A DNA stretch of 64,000 nucleotides from Raillietiella orientalis (taxonomy: Eukaryota): contig JAYWIR010000045.1 in the NCBI GenBank assembly GCA_036172245.1, positions 62,001-126,000 on the forward strand, given 5' to 3'. How positions within the stretch are numbered: position 1 is the first letter of the stretch; every line of letters starts with the position of its first letter. The notes beneath the pieces were generated by a model that had not been told where the DNA came from, searched no databases, and saw nothing but the letters and a program-made list of their open reading frames with translations. Made by a program: the position numbers and the translations under genes. Below, piece by piece: positions 56,230 to 64,000 of this stretch.

Positions 56230-57700
56230 TTTTACCCGGTGACGCCGTAAGAAACCGTAAGTCAGAGGGGAACGGCATCCCTTAAATACGAGAAATGCCC
56301 TTCCTCCAAAAAAAAAAAAAGAACAAGTTCATTGCCACGGCACGCAGGCCGGCTTCTGTGGTGGTCAAAAGCGGGAGAAAAGGGACAATAAATAAATTTT
56401 TTAAAAAGGCGGCAGAGTATGGACAGGGGTCATCAGTTTCCATCGTCCCGTTCTTTCTAGAAGCGGCTGCGTATGGTGGCAACCCTCTTGGCGACTTCTG
56501 GAAGCTGAGGCCACCTGGCAGCCGTCCTCATGGAGGCGGCAGCCATGCTGGTGGCCTCCCTTCGCTGCGAACGAGACTCCATCGCCACGCAAACCGTCAC
56601 CATAGCGCGGGAGATGGTTGCGATCACGGAGCCCGTCTTCAGCCCGCCTCACGTGAAGAAGCGCCGCGGCAAGTCCCAAGCGAAGGGGGGTCCCGCGGTC
56701 GACGTAGCGAGTCGCCGCTGCATGTCCTCCAGGACGCTGCGGGAACGGTTCCGTCGGCCGCACTTGAAACAGTTCGGGGAGGCGACTCCCCCAGTAAGCA
56801 CGTGACCACACCGATTGCACTGGATCCTCCCTCCCCTCCATTGCGGCAACGGCAGAACACCCCGTTTCCATCTTAATGGGAACACTGAAGTGTTCGTGCA
56901 CACAAGGAAGGTACCAACACGAGTTCTCCAGGGGATACACACCGAGCAGGTCGCTCCCCTTTTCCCGGAAACGAGGAGTGGCGGGGTTCACCAGCTCGCT
57001 CGTCTTGCAGTGGTCACGGAGCTTCTCGACTCCTACAGCTCTGCAGGAGACCTCCCACCCCGCCGGCTGGCTGCCGCGATCGTTCGCCCTGAGGGCAGAC
57101 AGTGCTGCGGCAACGGATGTGATGGATTCATTTAGAGAATGCAGCAGGGATAAGATAACGAGCCTCTGTTGGGCATCCGGCGGTCGCAGCAAGGTCAAGT
57201 CGCGTACGCGTCTAAACCAGCCAAAGACGAACCAGGTATCCTACAGGAGAGAGGGAGAGAAAGGAGTCTTGTGATCCTCCTGGTCAGGTTGACTGGAAGG
57301 TATCTTGGAAGCAAGTTGTCTCCCAGGGGAGTCTGCCGATCCAAGCTTGTCGTGGTTGCCCTGGATGCGTTGCGTGCTCCTAGGTTGCGAGCCAAGGCGT
57401 TCCTTTTTTACATACCACGGTTGCACTTGCACACATCAGTGCGAGGCGCTCCCTCAGGAAGGAGAGGCACAGCAAAGAAGAGGCCACCTTTCCACTGGAA
57501 CGTGGGCGGAAGGTCGCTTTTCCCTCCCCAAGGGGAACTTTCGGTTGCTCCTCACGCTGCTGGCCTTCCGATGATCGTCGATGCCGTCTCCGCCGACATC
57601 CGCCTGCTGGCGCACGGCTTCCGTCCGATCGGCGCCTGCTGAAGGCGCGAGCGTGAAAACACGCCACAGTGATCCCAGCAAGGAGCCAGCCTTCCCCTAG
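56230..57700 (-). mobile_element. Decayed LINE 3' portion, second subfamily
   Basis: NTSVFPLRWK...SPNCFKCG. GAGGACGGCTGC.AGGTGGCCTC shared with ~62840-62860. Tail GGCGTCACCGGGTAAAAA. Confidence 0.6.
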
Positions 57701-58156
57701 AATCGCACCGCGGATGGAAATCACGTGTGCAAGGCTGATTCCCTGATGGTCCCCTGGGGACAGGAGTGCCAGCGGATCTCACCGCAGGAACCGGAAAAGA
57801 AAAAAAAAGTTCTGAATCTCACACGCGCCTATCTTTGGCTTGTGTTGCTTTCTCGGAGCCTGAAACCTTGGAAACCATAATCCCAGACTTCACCGCTTCG
57901 CTGAATTTTCGATAAAAGAGCTTTTGATGGATGCCACATTGCCTGAAGAGTCGAATGGATTGATCGATAACGGGATGCTCAGTGAGTCGTAAACAGGTGC
58001 TTTCTTCTCCTTGTTAGTTTTGGTGCTCTCCTTTCAAACGAAGTGTGGAGATGACAGTGGTCATGACAACTCGCAGGAACGAGGCATCGCTACTTCAGGG
58101 AATACAGAAAAGGCACTCGGAATCAAAATCCCGAGTCCCTGAAATCCCGAACGGTC

Positions 58157-58628
58157 ATAAATAATAAACGCGTGTGCTTGTTCCACATAGATTAATATAC
58201 AACTTTATTTGAATATGCATATTTTTTCTTTTATTAGCACACGTATTATTAGAAGTTATATTATTGGAACACATATATTTATTAAGATTCAGTGACATAC
58301 ATTTTGTTAATATAATTAATAAGTTGTTGATCATATTGCTGATATATATATTGAAGATTGAAAAAAATAAATACATATATATGTTTATTACATGTATTGA
58401 TATAGATATGTAAAGGTTACTATATGGGTTAATGTATATCATGAAGATTATAAAACATAAACACATATATGCTTATAATATGTATTCATATATAGATATT
58501 AATGTATATAATAAGCAGATAGATTTATTTTCTATAGTCTTTAATACATACATCAACAAAATTAATACAATATATGTCAATAAATCTTAATAAATATATG
58601 TTCCAATAATATTATTGGTAACAATATG
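58157..58628. other. Extremely AT-rich, low-complexity island
   Basis: About 470 bp of AT-rich, non-periodic sequence with abrupt borders. Confidence 0.85.
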
Positions 58629-59127
58629 TATGTTAATAAACATGAATAAGAGACTCAAGAGTGGGTTTAGGGACAGTTGTGGATAGGCTAAGGAACTGAC
58701 AGGGTAATAGCTTTTTACTTCCTCCCCACGGCTCTCTGCACGCGGGCGCTGCGCATCCGCTTCGCTCTGAGACCAGTACTCCGGTCTGTGACCTCTAGAA
58801 ATTTCGAATGATTCGAGTAGCACCAACTGTTAGCTCCAGGGATCTCACCGGCTTTCCCGGACTGTTCCACTTCAAAGCAAGCGGGCTGAAGCATACCGTT
58901 TGTCTGGCAGAATAGGGCTCGGCGATACCGCCGGGCAGGTGGCAGGAAGGTGTTGCCAGCTGGGCGTTGCTGGGTTCCGTTCGCGAGGCGTGGTCCACAG
59001 ACGAAGTACCGCGAGAACTGGTCAGGCTGGTTGTGGTAAAACAGTCCGGAACAACTCATGAAACGGAGCGAGAAAAAGAAGAGAAAGACGTAGGGGAGTT
59101 GGCGCGACTACGGGCATCTGTAGGGAG

Positions 59128-59884
59128 TTTTCATCCGGGTTCACCGGGCGTTTGTTCAAAAATAAAATGAACATTTACAATTTTTGTGCTTGGATCACTG
59201 GTCCAACCACGTCCTTTCTGTAGATACCCTGCCGTGTCACCGGTTTGCAGACCGGTGAGGTCCGCCACGGCAGCAGAGGGCAGGGGCCGAACAAACAAAC
59301 AAAAGAAAAAGAAAACGATTTGAGGGGGCTACGGGAAGGGATCACAGCCTGCTGCGGGCGGTCCTCTGCATCCTTTGGAAGATGCTGGCAAGGTCTTGTT
59401 TCATGGAGATGTGCAGGTAGAGCCATCTGATCGCTATCCTCAGAAAGCAGAAAGCGAAGTGGGTGGCGTCCCTGCCGTTGGCTTCGCTCCACGCCGCCAC
59501 GATTTCACGAAGGCAGCCAAGAGCTGCAAAGGGCTGCGGCTGGTTGCAGGGCGTCCCGCACAAAGAGGAGCCGCATCACTCCTCTGGCGTTTCAACGGTC
59601 GTGGCAAAACGTCCCCAATGGGGTCGGAGGGCAACACAGTCCATTTGGAGACGCGGGAGGGATTCCCGCTCCCCACACCTTGCACAGTTTGGGTCCGCAC
59701 ATCTCCGTGTCCGGTGATGCCGGCGAGCGTTGCACGGAAGGCCACAGTGCAGCAGCATCAACGCAGACTCCTGCCACTTCAAGGGGAGAGTGCGAGTGTT
59801 CATAAGTACTGGGAGCTACTGTAGATCTTCCACCGGAGTACCCACTAGGACGCCCTAGAGCAAAAAGTCCACGAGCGAGAGTGT
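59128..59884 (-). mobile_element. 5'-truncated LINE (copy F), near-identical to the 3' part of copy C
   Basis: Mirrored ORFs (coordinates sum to 103091). TSD core CTGTAGGGAG at 59118-59127 and 59895-59904. Confidence 0.82.
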
Positions 59885-60021
59885 CCATGAGCACCTGTAG
59901 GGAGAGTGTCGATGCATGCGCCCCCGGAAGCGACCTTTCGAGCGCGCTGCCGCACCAAAGTCGTCCGCACGCCGCTGAACGGCAAGGGCGTGTCATCACG
60001 GAGGTGCAGAGGGCGGTGCGC

Positions 60022-60800
60022 TTTCTCACCCGCTTGCACCGGGGCGTTTGTTGCAATCAATAAACGTACAATGGCAGTTGTAGGACTGTCGTTGCTGCCA
60101 CGACCACTGGTCGAAGAACCTGACGAGATGATGGAACGCAGACCAGCGAGGGTCGCCTCGGCAGCAGTTTGAAGGGAAGCAAACAAAAAGAAAAGAAATT
60201 AAAGAAAAGTAAATAGAAGAAGGGGTCACTGCCTGCTCTGGGACGTCCTCTGCGTCCATCCGAGGATGCCGGCAAGTTCGGCTGCGTGCTTCAGGAAACG
60301 CACCGCAAAGTGGGTGCCGTCCCTGTCGTTCTGGCCTCTCTCGGAGGCGCTCCAGGCAACCATAGTCCTGCGGAGACGGCAGAAAACCGCTGGAAAATCG
60401 GCTGGCGATAGGGCATCACGTACGATGAGGCGTCTCCGGGGTTGCTATCGGGGGTCCACAGGATCGTGGCGAAACGTTTCCACAGGGGTCGGAGGGCAAC
60501 ACAGTCCACAAGTAGGTGCGGGAAGGATCCTCGCCTTACGCACCTCTGTAGTTCGGGCTCACTTCCCCCCTTCCCCCCAGGGTCCAGTGATGTCATCGGG
60601 CGTTGCATGGGCGGCCCCAGTGATACGGTGGAAGCTCCAACCTTTGTCAATTGAGAGGGCGTGAGTGCTCCGGAGCACTGGGGGTCCACTCGAGGTGTTA
60701 CTGGAGAATTCCTGGTATAGCTTAAAAGTCCTTTAAATGGGATACTTGGTGTCACAACATCAGTCAGGTGGCCGTGGTCCAACCACCTAGGACTTTTCCT
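60022..60800 (-). mobile_element. 5'-truncated LINE (copy G)
   Basis: RCVRRGSFPHLLVDCVALRPLWKRFA. Tail AACAAACGCCCCGGTGCAAGCGGGTGAGAAA. Confidence 0.7.
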
Positions 60801-60933
60801 TTTTTTTTTTTTTTTGGTTCGCTAAGTACCTCAGAGCCGGTCGCATGCCTCGCGGCTCACGTGGCTCTTTCTAAACATTAAACACACTGTTTTGTTTCCA
60901 CGTCCCTCCGCCCACGGCAGCCCGCAGGGGGGC

Positions 60934-61698
60934 GTGTAATTCTTCAGTGTAATTCTTCAGGATAGGATGCACCCCCGGATGGGGGGGTCCGCCCTATGAA
61001 TCCAGGAAGGGCTCGGAGTCCGTTCCTCTCATGCTTGGGAAGGGATCCCCCGGATGGGGGGGATCGCACCTCCCACCCTGGTTGTCGCCGAAGGGGAACC
61101 GCGAAGGGAATCTCCTCCCTCATTCACTCCGGAGGGACACCCCCCCTTGCGGGGTGGTGGTCCTCTCCATTTCAACTTCTCCGAAGGGGACCCGGAAAGA
61201 ATCCGCTTGTAGGAATTTCTTCTCCGGAGGGAACCCGCAAGGGAACCGCTCCTGTTCCCTCCTCTGAAGAGAACCCCGAAGGGACGCTTCCGAAACTCGG
61301 AAGGGGCGCTGCAGCTTGCTTCCTTGTGCACTCTGTGAAGAGGCGACGACTCGGAAGGTCCCCACCCCCGCAACGGGGAGGGTCCGCTCCTTTGAACAAC
61401 TGGAGAGGTGCCCGTGAGGGCTCCTGTTCCATCTTGAAACTCGGAGGGGGAACTCCCCACTCTTTTATTCCTAGGAAGACCCGAAGGTCAATTTCCCATT
61501 GTTCCGGACTTCATCGGGGGCCTCCGGCTTAATCCACCACCGGTGCCACGTCCGAATGTCTCGGCCAACCAGCGCCATTGCAGGAGAAACTCGGAACCCA
61601 AACGACGCAATGGCGTCAAGTTATCTGCCGAAGTATTCGAACCCGCGACGCATGGTAGCACACGCGGAAGCCTTAACCACAAGGCCTCCGACGCGGGC
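60934..61698 (-). mobile_element. tRNA-derived SINE, ~760 bp, with a 13-bp tandem repeat at its 3' end
   Basis: Head nearly identical to 36020-36176. (GTGTAATTCTTCA)x2 at 60934-60959. Confidence 0.75.
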
Positions 61699-62199
61699 TT
61701 TTCCTTCTTGGACGGCGGTGCGTCTGGGGAACCGCCCGGGTGCGCGCAGTTTCGGAAGGAACCGGGAACCGATAGCACCGTGTTTCGAAGCGACTCGCAG
61801 TGTATTTGGTGATCCCATCCAGCGCCACAGGAAGGATCCCTCAGGCCTGGACTCTTCCGTCCGAATTCTGAACTGCCTGCTCCCCGCAGAGAAAGCGCCA
61901 TTTCGTCCGCAAGCGTCTTCGTCCAGCGCAACGAACCTTTTCGTCCCCGCTCAGTGAACAGCTTCGGGATGGGTCACCCCAGCATCTGGTGACCTCCGAG
62001 GTTCATGGGTGGATTGACTGCTTCATATACGGATGACCAGTGGCACACGAGCTCGAAGTTGACATCGCGCTGTCGGACCGCGCAACCAGGCGAGCAAGAA
62101 CTTGTGGCATCCCGTTTTGTTTTGACAACGGCTTCCGGTAGCGCTCACATAGCCGGGACGGGAGAGGGATTCAGGAGGGCAGCAAGATGATCCGCTTCA

Positions 62200-63170
62200 T
62201 CCGTGTCGATTCGCGCGTTTTCAAAAAACGCTTCCTCCCTCGGATGCCGTGAGACCTTGCACGACAGCCACCCAATCACTCTGGAGCTCTCGATGCACGA
62301 AGACAACGCTGAGAACCAAAATTCCCTGCCTTTGCGCCTGCGCGGTTCCATCCTCTGTAGAAACGAGTAGAGAGCGGGCAAACGTCGGCAGACTTTCGTC
62401 TTCTGACTGTCTCTGTAAGGTGAGGTGCTGTGAGCTCCTGCAGCCTCATATCGTTCCCCGGAGAAGACAGTGGTGGACGGGATAAGCGGGTCGCTGGCTG
62501 CCCACGTGCCCTCGTTTCTCACGTCAAAGACATCAAGGACCTGTGTCTTGATCTGGCATCACGTCTCCGGGGGCCTGCATCCCCGGACTGTGCCATCCTT
62601 GAAGTCGTACCGGCTTTTGAACTACGGATTCCTCCAGGAACTGTGGCGGAGGGCCATCATGTTTCAGCACTCCTGCGCCAGGAGGACACCTTCCGTGACC
62701 TGCCGCAGCGATTCTTCGAGAGTGGCGAGATCCCGACAGGCGCCGGGGTTACATGTTGTATCCACGTTACCGTCATGGTCCTCCACGTTCTGCAGACTTC
62801 GGACGCAACGGAGGGGGGTCACCCGCACGGCACTACGTGAGGACGGCTGCGAGGTGGCCTCGCCTGGAAGAAGAAGCCAAAGAGGAGATCGATGCTCCAC
62901 CGAGCGCCGGTTTCAAGAAGGAGAAACGGCAGAAAGCAGTGACCCCTGCCCTCACGCTCTCCCCTCCACTTGTTTATTCGTTGTCCCTTCCCTTCTGTTC
63001 CGGACTTTTCCCGGTTGTCCGCGAAGGAACGGAACACGAAGCCAAAGAAGTGCCTTCTGGTTCCTTTTTTTATTTTTGTTCATCATCCCCGCCTACCCAT
63101 CGTTCCGGACTTCCTGGAGTGACCGACCTGCGTGTCGGCGCATCCGCCCGGAACGCGTTTTCGTTTTCCA
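62200..63170 (+). mobile_element. Decayed LINE 3' portion, second subfamily
   Basis: Homologous to the reverse complement of 56400-56700. GTGACCCCTG followed by a pyrimidine-rich UTR. Hairpin CCGAC-CTGCGT-GTCGG. Limits are approximate. Confidence 0.55.
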
Positions 63171-64000
63171 TAGGGAACCGCATCCTCCGGCCCAGTTTCC
63201 TCGCCAAGCGAACGGCCCGGCGTGACCAGGTGGCAACGCTCCTGCGGTCTCGCCACTGTGCTCCTCTCCACCCGATGTGCAGATGCGGGGTCGAGTCGAT
63301 TCCTGGGTCCCCCGCGCGTTTCAGCGGGATCCTCAAGAAGAGAGGATCAGGTGCGTAGATCAGCGCGTCCTCTACTGGGGCGAACCGCAACGCGTTTCCC
63401 CCGTTCCCCTCCCGGAGGGGAGGGTTCCGTCACCAGCTCGCCGGCGAGCCCAAACCCTCCGCCCGCTTCGCTCCGTGGGAGCGGAAGCGAGGCGAGCCGC
63501 AGCGGCTACGGATCGGCCGCGTTCCCCGAAGCTGCAGTGGCCCGTCCGGCGCCATGCTCCCGCGGCAGCTCGTCTTCGTCCCCCTCCCCCTCTCTCCTCC
63601 GTGGAGGCTCCCTTGCGGGGCCGCGGAGCGGAGGCAGCTTATCTTCCCATCTCGGATAAGCCATCTGTTGCGGAGGATAAAGTCGAGTCCGGCAGGCTCA
63701 TGGGAACGTCCTTAATTGATCTCTCTTTTCCTTCCGTTCCTGCCGGGAAACCGGACTCCTCCGCCATGCCGGCTCGCATCGCGCCTTCGATCCCGCTGCC
63801 GTCGCTCCCCAGCCTCCCTGCTCCATCGTTGCTTATTCGTAAGTATTATCTATCATCAGCAGACGTGCGAACCTATCCTCTTCAAGTCTCTCACCCTCCT
63901 CCAGCATCAGCAACCGTTGAAATATTCATCGGATTTTCATGGCTCTGTGGAATCCCTTATTGTGAGTTATGGCTAGCCGAAGTCCATCCCTATTTTCGCG

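Larger units (their letters stand above)
30600..64000. other. GC-rich, gene-free domain of nested decayed retroelements
   Basis: Visible jump in GC/CpG, no recognisable host gene, many LINE 3' tails and SINE fragments. The boundary is approximate. Confidence 0.7.

Overview
Eukaryotic (metazoan, invertebrate-like) genomic DNA with very short (~40-48 nt) GT-AG introns, in two compartments. Positions ~1-30,600 are AT-rich and gene-dense: a partial unknown gene, two unknown spliced genes, a RecQ5 helicase, an intronless DDX3/PL10 pseudogene and proteasome subunit PSMD13/Rpn9. Positions ~30,600-64,000 are GC-rich, contain no recognisable host genes, and are built from nested, 5'-truncated L1/Tx1-like non-LTR retrotransposons and a tRNA-derived SINE. 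The main discovery is a 2,859-bp unit present twice in inverted orientation (2790-5648 and 10807-13665), with one visible SNP between copies. It carries an intact but variant replication-dependent histone H3 gene with its 3' stem-loop, and has no transposase and no terminal inverted repeats. All four junctions carry the same oriented ACTT direct repeat, and both reconstituted empty sites look like 5' splice donors of host genes. A LINE fragment inside the unit has its own 12-bp target-site duplication (TSD), so it is a passenger and not the mobiliser. The LINE family ends in a covarying stem-loop plus a conserved terminal motif instead of a poly(A) tail. All calls were made by eye, without database searches or computed alignments.
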